34,212 nt of DNA from Spirochaetota bacterium (GTDB lineage: Bacteria > Spirochaetota > UBA4802 > UBA5550): the NCBI GenBank assembly GCA_050298055.1, contig JBNKTL010000004.1:1-34212 (forward strand), read 5' to 3'. The position numbers were made by a program, and so were the translations under genes. Numbering within the stretch: position 1 is the stretch's first letter; each line of letters starts with the position of its first letter. Under the pieces are notes generated by a model. It searched no databases, was not told where the DNA came from, and was given only the letters and a program-made list of their open reading frames with translations. Positions 1 through 9,264 of this stretch are shown piece by piece.

Positions 1-123
1 AAACAGCCCTCCCGTTTAACCGGAAAATTATTTAAATTACCTACCTGTAAAATGTTATCTCTTTATAATCCGAAAAACCAGGCGCGCTTTATTGAGAACG
101 CGCTAACACAACATCACATTCCT

Positions 124-151
124 ATGCTAGAGGGTCAGGACAAATTGTCAA
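124..151 (-). promoter_or_regulatory. sigma70-like promoter pointing out of the left edge of the window
   Basis: Minus strand reads TTGACA-N16-TAGCAT. A GGGAGG RBS-like motif at 8-13 (minus) suggests a gene starting just outside the window. Confidence 0.45.
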
Positions 152-307
152 GGGTAATACAATGAATTTATGAAACAGCCGGGTGTAAATTAAATCCCGG
201 GAAATTTCTGTGTATTTGAAAAAAGTTTTTATTAATTCAGTTCCGGAATCGTATTAATATTATGGGAAAATCATAACCCTTATTAATATACCGGGAGGTT
301 TAAGACA

Positions 308-784
308 ATGAGGACAACAATCAATATTGATGTGACACTGCTTGGAGAATTTGAAACAGCCATGGATACACTCCATCTGTCAAAAAATAAACTGATCTCT
401 CTTTTACTTGCGCGGATCATCAGCAAAGACGAATTTGAACCCCGGCCTTATGAAAGGGTCACGTATCAGGAGAGGTGCAATGGGCTTATCGTCAGGAAAA
501 AAGAACATATAAATATCGAGTCTGTTTTTTATGAGAAGTATCTGGATTTGAGGAGGAATTTGAAGTTTTCTGTTTCCTGGTTTATTGCTTATGCTATAAA
601 GAATTATCTCAATGAGCTGGTGTTTGATTTAATCAATACAGATAATACTAAAGTAACCCCGGATAACTATGCTCGAAATTTTGTCTATATTACAAAAATG
701 CTGGGTACTATCCCTCTTTATATATCAATACTTGGGGTACCGGAGTTAAAATACCTGGAAAAACTCCTCACCATAGCCGAATAG
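308..784 (+). CDS. hypothetical protein, DUF1564-like (ribbon-helix-helix-like spirochaete family)
   Basis: GGGAGG RBS upstream. N-terminal RTTINID strand, then YQ...DLRR..KFSVSW.IAYAI, resembling Leptospira DUF1564-type proteins. Confidence 0.6.
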   Translation: MRTTINIDVTLLGEFETAMDTLHLSKNKLISLLLARIISKDEFEPRPYERVTYQERCNGLIVRKKEHINIESVFYEKYLDLRRNLKFSVSWFIAYAIKNYLNELVFDLINTDNTKVTPDNYARNFVYITKMLGTIPLYISILGVPELKYLEKLLTIAE

Positions 785-861
785 TGAAAAAACATTCCGC
801 ATCAGAGCGCCGGACTTCATCCCGGAAATTCAATAACGCCCAAACAGCCGGGAAGGTGAAT

Positions 862-887
862 AAGCCGGATTTATTTCCGGCTTTTTT
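862..887 (+). terminator. Rho-independent terminator
   Basis: AAGCCGGA-N6-TCCGGCTT followed by a T run, downstream of ORF 308-784. Confidence 0.7.
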
Positions 888-958
888 GTCAGTGACTAAA
901 AAAAAAGAAGAACGAAATTTATCATAACCCGATTTTGAGTTTGATTTTTGAGAAATAA

Positions 959-1315
959 TTATGTTATTTCTTTCGGTTCAATCAGTAATTTTATTCCATT
1001 AATAATTTCTTCTCTTCTTTTCAGGGATAAAGTCCCGATTTTTTCTTTTAATTCAAATTTATTGAGGGTAATTATTTGAGAGATGTTTATCACGCTTGCT
1101 TTGGGCAGGTTGCCTTCACCTTTTTTTAAAAGAACATTTCCCGGGGAAGATGCACGCCGAATATTTGAAGTCAGCGCGCATAAAATCACTGTGTTGATTT
1201 TACTGCTGTTAAAGAGATTATTCTGGATTACCACATGAGGATGCCTGTAGCCAGACTCAGACCCTCTTGGAGCCGGAAGGTCTATCCAGAATATATCACC
1301 CTGTTCAATTACCAT
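959..1315 (-). CDS. mazF: type II TA toxin, PemK/MazF family endoribonuclease
   Basis: QGDIFWIDL...GSE.GYRHPHVVIQNN.FN...ALTSN motif. Start overlaps the antitoxin stop. Confidence 0.93.
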   Translation of the reverse strand: MVIEQGDIFWIDLPAPRGSESGYRHPHVVIQNNLFNSSKINTVILCALTSNIRRASSPGNVLLKKGEGNLPKASVINISQIITLNKFELKEKIGTLSLKRREEIINGIKLLIEPKEIT

Positions 1316-1560
1316 TTATCAATTATCGGGGAATATGCTTTTTTCACAGCTTCAAGATATTCAGTATCTATTTCATTTAATACTTCAGAATATGATTCGT
1401 TTATTTTTTTCAGTAATTCCAGGTTGTTTTTTTTATTGATGAAATATTCAACCGCCTGAGAAAATATCTGGCTTTTTGGTATATTTAAACGGGACGATAA
1501 TTCTTTTACTTCTTCATATAAACGTTCTTCTATTGAAATAGCAGTTTTTATTGTAGACAT
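1309..1560 (-). CDS. type II TA antitoxin, CopG/RHH (ChpI/MazE-like)
   Basis: IKTAISI RHH strand plus KSQIFSQAVEYF helix. GAGGTG RBS. Directly upstream of and overlapping mazF. Confidence 0.88.
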   Translation of the reverse strand: MSTIKTAISIEERLYEEVKELSSRLNIPKSQIFSQAVEYFINKKNNLELLKKINESYSEVLNEIDTEYLEAVKKAYSPIIDKW

Positions 1561-1574
1561 AATGACCCACCTCT

Positions 1575-1614
1575 GTTATACTCATAGTATAACCAAATTC
1601 CTCTTGCCTGTCAA
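1575..1614 (-). promoter_or_regulatory. TA operon promoter with palindromic operator
   Basis: TTGACA(1614-1609)-N17-TATACT(1591-1586). Perfect inverted repeat GTTATACT-CAT-AGTATAAC (1575-1593) overlaps the -10. Confidence 0.8.
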
Positions 1615-1972
1615 TAACAATTAATTTAATATCTGAAAAATGCATGAATGACCCGGTATAACATTCTCGCTTAGGGACGTGGCTGTTTTTTTTACCACTT
1701 CCCTTTAAAATTAATACGATTTTGAAAGCGAATTAATGAAAACTTTTTTAATAACTGTAATTTTTTCTGATTTTTTTGCTCTCACACCTCTATTAATTTG
1801 AACCTTCCCTGATTAATAATTGACATTATACCGCATTTATTAAATTTTTAAAAACGGTCTTTGCTGAAAAATATCCGGTCATCTATCCTCTGTTATTCTC
1901 CGGGATAGTCCTCAGTTGCCGGATGACAGGGGTCCATTTAACAGATAAAAACGTTAAAAGAACGGAGGAAAC

Positions 1973-2662
1973 ATGAATATACTTATTTTCGGTCCTAACG
2001 GCAGTGGGAAGGGTACCCAGGGCGCAATCGTCCAGAAAAAGTATGAGATTGCCCACATTGAATCAGGTGTTATTTTCAGAGAAAATATAAAGGGTGAAAC
2101 GGAACTGGGTAAAAAAGCCAAGGATTATATTGACAGGGGAGAGCTTGTTCCCGATGATATTACAATTCCCATGATTCTTGACAGGCTAAAACAGGATGAC
2201 TGCGCCTCAGGCTGGCTTCTTGACGGTTTTCCGAGAAATCCCGAGCAGGGTGTTGCGCTGAAGAAAGCCCTTGATGAGGAAGGTATAAAGCTTGATTATG
2301 TTATTGAGATAATCCTGGACAGGGAAACGGCAAAGAACCGTATTATGGGCCGGAGGCTGTGTGCAAACGATAACAACCATCCCAACAATATCTATATTGA
2401 TGCGATAAAGCCCCGGGAAGAAGGCGGTGAATTTGTTTGCCGTGTCTGTGGCGGTTCTCTCAGTGCGAGATCTGACGACCAGGATGAGGAAGCGATTAAC
2501 AAGCGGCACGGCATCTACTATGATGAAACCGGCGGGACCCTTGCGTCTGTTATTTATTTTAAAAAGCTTGCTTCCCAGGGGGACTCTGTAAAGATCGTTG
2601 AACTTGACGGGAGACCCGGTGTAAAAGAGGTTTCCGAGGAGTTGATGTCAAAAATCAACTGA
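1973..2662 (+). CDS. adk: adenylate kinase with metal-binding LID
   Basis: GPNGSGKGTQ P-loop, GELVPD, LDGFPR, RSDD. LID motif C-X5-H-X19-C-X2-C. Confidence 0.96.
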   Translation: MNILIFGPNGSGKGTQGAIVQKKYEIAHIESGVIFRENIKGETELGKKAKDYIDRGELVPDDITIPMILDRLKQDDCASGWLLDGFPRNPEQGVALKKALDEEGIKLDYVIEIILDRETAKNRIMGRRLCANDNNHPNNIYIDAIKPREEGGEFVCRVCGGSLSARSDDQDEEAINKRHGIYYDETGGTLASVIYFKKLASQGDSVKIVELDGRPGVKEVSEELMSKIN

Positions 2663-2696
2663 CCGGATGGCTTTCTCCCGGGCATTTTTACTTTTC

Positions 2697-2725
2697 TTGA
2701 CATTATGACGGTTCTGGTTTAATTT
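2697..2725 (+). promoter_or_regulatory. putative sigma70 promoter of the 2800-7987 operon
   Basis: TTGACA-N17-TAATTT, about 75 nt before ATG 2800. Confidence 0.4.
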
Positions 2726-2799
2726 TAAGAGTGTTATCACTGCTTCCGGGTCTAAATGATCATACCGGGAAGTAAAAAAATATCCAACAAAGTTTAAAA

Positions 2800-3207
2800 A
2801 TGAAAATAAGATATAAAAAAGCTGCGGTATTACTGATAATACCCCTGAGTATTAATTTAATTATTTCTGTGGTTCTCCTTTTGTCGGGGAAGGAATTTCA
2901 ATTTATCGGTTACCTTACCGGGACTCTCACCAGTGCCGCACTGTCGGTTATATGGCTCTTTCAGGTAAAAAATAAGGAGACCTCCAATGTCCTTCATTTT
3001 ATGAAGATGATGCTACAGGGGTATGCACTGAAGATACTTTTTCTCATCGCTCTTCTCATCGGAGGGTACCTTCTGTTTCATTTTCACAGGATTTCCTTTA
3101 TCATCGCGTTCTTTTTCGGAACGTTCGGCAGCATTGCAGTTGAGGTATGGTATTACATTTCCATGAGTAAAACCGGGAGTGAAAAAATCGATCATGAAGA
3201 GTCTTGA
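2800..3207 (+). CDS. four-TM membrane protein (AtpI/UncI-like topology)
   Basis: Four hydrophobic segments. Stop overlaps the start of the next gene. Confidence 0.7.
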   Translation: MKIRYKKAAVLLIIPLSINLIISVVLLLSGKEFQFIGYLTGTLTSAALSVIWLFQVKNKETSNVLHFMKMMLQGYALKILFLIALLIGGYLLFHFHRISFIIAFFFGTFGSIAVEVWYYISMSKTGSEKIDHEES

Positions 3208-4828
3208 GGATTATACGAAAGAAGAATTAATAGGTGAAGTAGAGAAACTCCGGGGGAAGATAAAAAGTGACTGCGGACCCGCAGGTTACAGCCACATCGA
3301 TTTTAAAACCCTCCTTGAAGCCACTACTGATGTTATCTTTGTCCTTGATAAAGAGCAGAACATGATCTACAGAAACTCCGCGTGGTACCAGTTCTTTCCA
3401 AAAAGAGAAGAGGAAAACGGCAAGTTCTACAGGAACTATATCCCCGAAAATGACCTGGAGAGGACCGATTATATCTTCACGTCGGTAATAAATGAAGGGA
3501 AGATCTATAAAAATGAGGTTATAAAAACCATCACAAGCAGCGGTGATCCCATATATTTCTCGATCAGCTTCTCTCCCATAAAAAAAGAGAGTAAAGAAAT
3601 TGCCGGGCTTGTGGGCATAATGAAAAATATTACCGAAAGCTTTCTTACCCAGAAGCAGCTGCAGGAGAGCAAGAAAATCCTTGAAGAGAAAGCTGTTGAG
3701 CAGATTAAACAGTCTGAAGAGATCAAAGAACTTCGTGACCTGAATGATGAGATCATCAACAACGCTCCCATCGGTATATTTATGATGGACCTTTCCGGTG
3801 TGATGCTCAGTGAAAATGCCGCTCTCAGGCATATGATGGGAAGGGAACCTGACGAGTCCATTGTGGGATATAACCTGATGGATTATCCCGGTTTTAAAAA
3901 GGGGGGGTTTGGAAGGCTCTTTGAGAAGTGTAAACGTGAAAAAAGGACTGTAAAGGAAAACAACAGGCGGTATATGCCCATTTCCGGGAAACGTGAGATT
4001 ATTATCAATATTACCATGGACCCAATTGTGAATCCGGCGGGTATTGTTGAAAAGGTCATTGTCATGGTTGATGACAATACCGAACAGGCGGAGATCACCG
4101 AAAGGTTTCAGACCGCGGAGAAGTTCTCCGCCATCGGGCATCTTGCTTCCGGTGTGGCATCAGAACTGAAAGATCCCATAAACAAGATGGTCATGGACCT
4201 GAACTTTGTTTCCAATAATGTTGATGTGGACAATCCCTCTCATGAGTACATCGATTCCCTGAAGGGCGCTCTCAGGAAGATAAAGAACATGAGCGACCAG
4301 CTCCTCACTCTTTCAAGACCGGATGAAGGTGAGAAGGAGGACGTGGATATCAATAAGCTGCTTACAACACATCCCTTTGACGTGGTCTATAACAGGATGA
4401 AAGAAGAGGGATTTGAAGTGGAGATCGAAACAACCGATAAAAATCCTTCGGTGAGGGCAACCCCTTCACAGCTTCGCCGGATACTCTCTGAGATCATCGA
4501 AAATGCCGAGGAGGCCATGCCCGAAAAAGGGAAACTCGTCATAAAAACCGAGAATATCAGCACTGATACGGGGCCCTTTGTTGTGATAACAATATCAGAT
4601 ACCGGAATTGGAATGCCTGAAGAGAACCTCAATAGAATATTTAATCCCTTCTTTACCACGAAAGGGCAGGAAGCCACGGGTCTTGGCCTGCTCACGGCCT
4701 CCAATGTTGTGGAGAACCTCGGAGGCTTTGTCGGTGTGAAAAGCAGCCCGGGTGAAGGCACGTCTTTCAGAATAATGCTGCCCATCGTATCAGAAAATTC
4801 AAACAAGGAAACCGTTTATGAACGATGA
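3194..4828 (+). CDS. cytoplasmic PAS-PAS sensor histidine kinase-like protein lacking the canonical phospho-His
   Basis: Two PAS/PAC regions. HATPase boxes intact (ENAEEAM, DTGIG, FNPFFTTK, TGLGL). H-box reads GVASELKDP. Alternative GTG start at 3179. Confidence 0.88.
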   Translation: MKSLEDYTKEELIGEVEKLRGKIKSDCGPAGYSHIDFKTLLEATTDVIFVLDKEQNMIYRNSAWYQFFPKREEENGKFYRNYIPENDLERTDYIFTSVINEGKIYKNEVIKTITSSGDPIYFSISFSPIKKESKEIAGLVGIMKNITESFLTQKQLQESKKILEEKAVEQIKQSEEIKELRDLNDEIINNAPIGIFMMDLSGVMLSENAALRHMMGREPDESIVGYNLMDYPGFKKGGFGRLFEKCKREKRTVKENNRRYMPISGKREIIINITMDPIVNPAGIVEKVIVMVDDNTEQAEITERFQTAEKFSAIGHLASGVASELKDPINKMVMDLNFVSNNVDVDNPSHEYIDSLKGALRKIKNMSDQLLTLSRPDEGEKEDVDINKLLTTHPFDVVYNRMKEEGFEVEIETTDKNPSVRATPSQLRRILSEIIENAEEAMPEKGKLVIKTENISTDTGPFVVITISDTGIGMPEENLNRIFNPFFTTKGQEATGLGLLTASNVVENLGGFVGVKSSPGEGTSFRIMLPIVSENSNKETVYER

Positions 4829-6311
4829 CATCAGGGAACTCTTTGACCGTGACGGGTACACTGTGATTACTCTTGAAGGTGATTCCGGGGTCCCGGCACT
4901 TCCGGATTCCCTGAAGACGGGAGAACTTCCCGGGGAGAAACTTAAAGGGAAGGAGCCTGTAAAGGTTTCCGGTGACCATGCAAAAGCCGTTCCCGGGGAA
5001 AAGGTCCCCGATAAGGACGCGGAAATTATCCCCCTGAGAGCTCCCGCGGCGCACGAGCATGACATCCCCACCATTGTGGAATATCTCAACTGGCACATGA
5101 ACAGGATATCGGAAAATGTCATTGGAAGAGGTGAGATCGTCAAACAGGCATTTTACGCCATACTGACCGGCGAGCATATGCTTCTCCTGAGCAGAACGGG
5201 AATGGCGAAATCATATCTTGCCAATTATATCTTTAACACATTTGAAGGCGCCCGCATATTTGCTTCCCAGGCAAGCAAAGACCAGACACCTGACAACTAT
5301 TTCGGTCCCTATAATATTGAAGAGTTTAAAAAGGGGAAGATCAAGCACAACATAAAGGGGTCCATAATCGAATCGAACTTTGTTTTCCTCGATGAGTTTT
5401 TCGACGCCAGTGATGTTGTTCTCAGGTCACTTCTCAGTGTCCTGAACGAAAGGAAGTTTATAAACGGCCAGGAGCGGATCGATGCCTCCGTTCATACGGC
5501 AATCGCAACGGCCAATTACATGAGGCTGAATGAGGTCACCGAGGCTGTTCTGGACAGGTTTACCTACAAATCCATTATCCCGGAGGACAACAATCTCTAT
5601 TCGCAGCTTCTCATAGACCATACATACACAATGAGCGGCGGTATCCCCGTGGAACCGGAGAAGAAGGTCCACTTCGAGCAGGTCCAGTATATGAATGAAA
5701 TCATCAGAAACAAAAACAGGGACGCCCTGATTGTCATCCCCGACTATATCTACTTTCTGAAAAACTCTGTGGTCAACAGGTATGTATCGGAGATGAGGAG
5801 ATATGACAGCGGGTTTTTTGTGAGCCCGAGGAAAGTCGCGAAACTTTCCGATTTTCTCAGGGCATCGGCCCTGACCCATAACCGTTTTAAGGTCACAACC
5901 GATGACTTGAAGGAGATGTACCTCGCCCTCTGTACCCTGAACAGTTATGTTTCCGTGAAGTCCATGGACAAATCCGAGGCTGACCTCTACCGGGAGGCCT
6001 TCCAGCAGACAATGATCCACTTCGACACCACCGGCGCGGGATCACAGATAGAACTTCTTCTTAATATCAGAAGGATCTTCCAGGAGTTGAGGGAAAATCC
6101 CGAGAAGAGGGAGAGCATCCTCGCCAGGAAGGGCCTGATATATGACATTAAGGAAATACTCAGGAAAATATTTCCCTCAAAAAAGAAATCAGAGGATGAT
6201 GATATAACACTGGCCTCCCTGAAGAGGAGTGTGGATGAAATTGTTCCCGCGGTGGAAGAGGTGAGGGAACTTAAGATGGGTATTTTGAAAGATTATGAGG
6301 ACCTCATATAG
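4818..6311 (+). CDS. MoxR AAA+ ATPase, RavA-like
   Basis: VIGR...LTGEHMLL, Walker A SRTGMAKS, Walker B FLDEFF, SLLSVLNER, AVLDRF, VSPR. Confidence 0.88.
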   Translation: MNDDIRELFDRDGYTVITLEGDSGVPALPDSLKTGELPGEKLKGKEPVKVSGDHAKAVPGEKVPDKDAEIIPLRAPAAHEHDIPTIVEYLNWHMNRISENVIGRGEIVKQAFYAILTGEHMLLLSRTGMAKSYLANYIFNTFEGARIFASQASKDQTPDNYFGPYNIEEFKKGKIKHNIKGSIIESNFVFLDEFFDASDVVLRSLLSVLNERKFINGQERIDASVHTAIATANYMRLNEVTEAVLDRFTYKSIIPEDNNLYSQLLIDHTYTMSGGIPVEPEKKVHFEQVQYMNEIIRNKNRDALIVIPDYIYFLKNSVVNRYVSEMRRYDSGFFVSPRKVAKLSDFLRASALTHNRFKVTTDDLKEMYLALCTLNSYVSVKSMDKSEADLYREAFQQTMIHFDTTGAGSQIELLLNIRRIFQELRENPEKRESILARKGLIYDIKEILRKIFPSKKKSEDDDITLASLKRSVDEIVPAVEEVRELKMGILKDYEDLI

Positions 6312-6343
6312 TTATCTCTTTATTACCCTGAAGGACCCGGAAG

Positions 6344-7987
6344 ATGCCCGATTATAGAAATCCTGATTTTTTTGAATTCTGGGAGACCTTCGGAATTTTT
6401 GACAATCTGCAGATGATCCTTCCCACAGAGTTCTATGTCCTCTTTGAAATTGCCAGAAACATCTTTACCGAGGATGTCTCTTCGGACGTGAACAAAGCCA
6501 TCGAAGAGATATCAAGAGAGGAAGTCGCCTACAAGTCGAGCAGGGAAGAGAATATTGAGGTCAACAGGCTTGACAGGACCGCTCCTCTCAGTGACAGGAT
6601 GGAGATTGACAAGTTCCGGAAAATCACGGAGCTCAGGAAAGCCCTTCCCCGGGAGCTCGCCCAGGATGATGATATCTTTGAGATCAAACTTTTTACCAAG
6701 TCCCTCCTGATACAGAAATTCTACGAGACTGATGCCGATACCTTTAAACCCATATCTACCAGCAGGGATGAGTATGGCAAGGACGCAAACAGGTTTGAGC
6801 AGAAATTTTATATCCTCCTTGACCGTTCACGCTCCATGGAACAGAAGTTCAGGTCTTTTTATTCAAAGTATATTGTTGCCGAATTTCTCAGGAGGAAATT
6901 TAAAAGCAGGGCAAAACTCTACTACAGGCCCTTCGATACCACAACCGGGGAACTCTTCAAAGTGGAAAAAACAGAGGATTTTCCCCGGCTGGTTGAAAAT
7001 ATCATGCTTACCGTAACCGGGGGGTCCAGTACAAATATCCAGAGGGCCGTCTTTCAGGCTGTTGATGACATTAACTATGATAAAGAGATGCTCAATGCCG
7101 AAATCCTTGTGGTAACAGACGGTATCAGCAGGATCGACCGCTATGACATGAAAAAAAAGCTGGGGGATATTAAACTCAACATCCTCAAGATAGGGGATGA
7201 ATTTGTCAGTGCGGGGTATTTTGAACTGAAATCGGAACTGGAAAAAGCAAATATCGAAGCGGACCTCAACCAGATAAGCCTGAGAGATGTAAGGAAAATT
7301 GTCAACAGGATTGATAATCTTCCTCCTGAAGCCGGCGGTTCCGCACCGGGGGTCCCTCCTTTCTCGCAGCATAAGGTCTACAGGTTTATCTCTTCCTTTA
7401 TGGAGAGTGTCTTCGGTGATCTCAGGGAGGTATCCAACAAGTTTGTGGAGGTTCCCGATATCAGGGAGGACCTGCTGTTTAAGATAACAGATGATCATCT
7501 TGAGAATGTCTCGGAACTGGTAGCGAGAATTAAGATCGGGTCCGAATGGGACCTTGATTATAACAGCAGGAAGAGACTTTACAAGCAGGCATATTCCCTT
7601 ACCCAGTATATACAGCTCCTCATCAGTCACCAGGATGAAGATAATCCGCGGCTCTACCGCTTGATGCATGACCTTTCCGAAATAAGGGACAGGATGTTGA
7701 ATGACCCGGAACTTCTCTTTGAGGTGGTGAAGGCCGGAGGGTATAAGGAGGATGAACAGAACATTCAGGCCAACTATAAAAATTTGCAGTTTCACCTGAA
7801 AAATATGGAGATGAAAAGTAACAGGCTCACCGCGAACCAGATTAAAAAAGCCAGGCTCCTTCTTAAAATGAACGTCCCGGGGGGTGAGAGAAGACCCGGG
7901 ATGCTTTTTTATATTCTTTTCATCAAACTGGTCCAGCTTCTTAAGAAGATATTCCTTGCTCCCTTTGGGAAATCCGGGGAGAAGTAA
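6344..7987 (+). CDS. VWA-domain protein (ViaA-like partner of MoxR)
   Basis: MIDAS LLDRSRSM, GGSSTN and VVTDG. Adjacent to MoxR. Hydrophobic/amphipathic C-terminus. Confidence 0.82.
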   Translation: MPDYRNPDFFEFWETFGIFDNLQMILPTEFYVLFEIARNIFTEDVSSDVNKAIEEISREEVAYKSSREENIEVNRLDRTAPLSDRMEIDKFRKITELRKALPRELAQDDDIFEIKLFTKSLLIQKFYETDADTFKPISTSRDEYGKDANRFEQKFYILLDRSRSMEQKFRSFYSKYIVAEFLRRKFKSRAKLYYRPFDTTTGELFKVEKTEDFPRLVENIMLTVTGGSSTNIQRAVFQAVDDINYDKEMLNAEILVVTDGISRIDRYDMKKKLGDIKLNILKIGDEFVSAGYFELKSELEKANIEADLNQISLRDVRKIVNRIDNLPPEAGGSAPGVPPFSQHKVYRFISSFMESVFGDLREVSNKFVEVPDIREDLLFKITDDHLENVSELVARIKIGSEWDLDYNSRKRLYKQAYSLTQYIQLLISHQDEDNPRLYRLMHDLSEIRDRMLNDPELLFEVVKAGGYKEDEQNIQANYKNLQFHLKNMEMKSNRLTANQIKKARLLLKMNVPGGERRPGMLFYILFIKLVQLLKKIFLAPFGKSGEK

Positions 7988-7997
7988 CTATCTGCGT

Positions 7998-8969
7998 CTA
8001 AATCTTTTTCTCTTCCGAATACCATCGGGCTGTATCTCCCAGAATATCCATGTTGTTCTTTTGCGGCGTCCAGCCAAGCTCCTCCTTTATTTTGCCGCAG
8101 TCAAGCACCATGTTCTTCTGCATATACATGAGGTGTTCGCCGGTAAAGTACTTCATGCCTGTGGGCCTGAGAAGAAGTGACAGGATTTTAAGCCGGAGAG
8201 GGGTATAGTGTTTAATGGTGTAGTCAAGATCCAGTGATTCCCTGAGATTTTCCGCTTCTTCAAGGTGCGTGGGGACATCATCCGACCCGGCGTTATAGAC
8301 CTTCCCCGCGGACTGGTCCGATTTATAGGCCAGTACAAAGGCCTCGGCGGCATCGTCAATACCAAGAAGCTGCAGCCGGGTGCTCCCGTCACCGGAGAGA
8401 TAGACAATATTCTCTTCTTCGATCCCCATGGCCATATACATTGTCTGCAGAATGATAGGGTCCCCGGTCCCGGGCCCGGTAACAACCGCCGGCCTGATGA
8501 CCGTTGTTTTAATTGAAGTATTCGAGGTAAGGTTCTTGAGCAGCTTTTCGGCCTGCAGCTTGTCTTTTCCGTAGGGAGTCACAGGCTTCAGGATGCTCTC
8601 TTCGGTCAGGGGAAGGGTGTTCTTTTTCCCGTAAACGGCGTATGATGAGAGCATGAGGATATTTTCAACACCGGAATTGACCGCCATGCGGACAATATTT
8701 TCCGCTCCCCTGGTGTTTATATCCCTCATGTGTTTCCTGCCATGGGAGCCGGGCCTCAGTTCCTCCTTGAGATGAAAGAGGGCCGTGACGTTTTTGAAGA
8801 GCCCGTTGAGTTCAAGGGGGGTCAGAATATCACCTGTGACAAACTCAACCCCTTCCGGCTTTTCCTCCGGTACATAGGAGTCGTGACAGCGGACCTTCTC
8901 TCCCATGGAAACGAGCTTTTCCGCGACTCTTCTTCCCAGAAGAGAATTACTGCCGGTAATAAGGATCAT
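7998..8969 (-). CDS. NAD-dependent epimerase/dehydratase (extended SDR)
   Basis: ILITGSNSLLG Rossmann start, SS.AVYG, YGKDK (YxxxK), LGW.P. GGAGG RBS. Confidence 0.9.
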   Translation of the reverse strand: MILITGSNSLLGRRVAEKLVSMGEKVRCHDSYVPEEKPEGVEFVTGDILTPLELNGLFKNVTALFHLKEELRPGSHGRKHMRDINTRGAENIVRMAVNSGVENILMLSSYAVYGKKNTLPLTEESILKPVTPYGKDKLQAEKLLKNLTSNTSIKTTVIRPAVVTGPGTGDPIILQTMYMAMGIEEENIVYLSGDGSTRLQLLGIDDAAEAFVLAYKSDQSAGKVYNAGSDDVPTHLEEAENLRESLDLDYTIKHYTPLRLKILSLLLRPTGMKYFTGEHLMYMQKNMVLDCGKIKEELGWTPQKNNMDILGDTARWYSEEKKI

Positions 8970-9108
8970 CAGCGTGGCCTCCCGTTGTTTTTCAGGGTCA
9001 TGAACTATTTCATTTTCCCGGAATGTGTGTAAGAGTCAAGGAGAAATAGTGTTTTGTTGCCGGTTTGGTTTTGGCATCACGGTCCCGGAGCTCCCGTTCC
9101 CCGGAGCC

Positions 9109-9171
9109 CCCCATCCCCCTGAGGGGGCGTAAGATTTTATACTATAAATTTTTTATGCTTTTTGAGAGGGG
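9109..9171. repeat. GC-rich palindromic repeat element, degenerate copy 1
   Basis: CCCCATCCCCC(T)GAGGGG(G)CGTAAGATTTT...TTATGC shared with 17030-17097. Confidence 0.7.
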
Positions 9172-9264
9172 CAGCTGATTCCCGTTTTATTTTGAACCGC
9201 CGGAGTGCAAAGAGGGCAAAGTTTAATAGAAAAAAAAGAGAAGGGAGATAAGATATATTATTTT

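Noticed and set aside
1656..1700. GTATAAC-initiated sequence next to the mazEF module, reminiscent of the left half of an integron attC site
   Set aside because: I could not find a complementary right arm or GTTRRRY end, a second copy, or an integrase.
2740..2775. CCGGGTCTAA motif resembling part of a c-di-GMP-I riboswitch
   Set aside because: The upstream GCAAA/GNRA P2 stem is absent; only a weak hairpin remains.
3227..7795. Long antisense ORFs (3227-4141, 5427-6020, 6863-7795; also 9205-9876, 17255-17992, 26385-27101)
   Set aside because: They are shadows of well-supported genes on the opposite strand and have no recognisable motifs.
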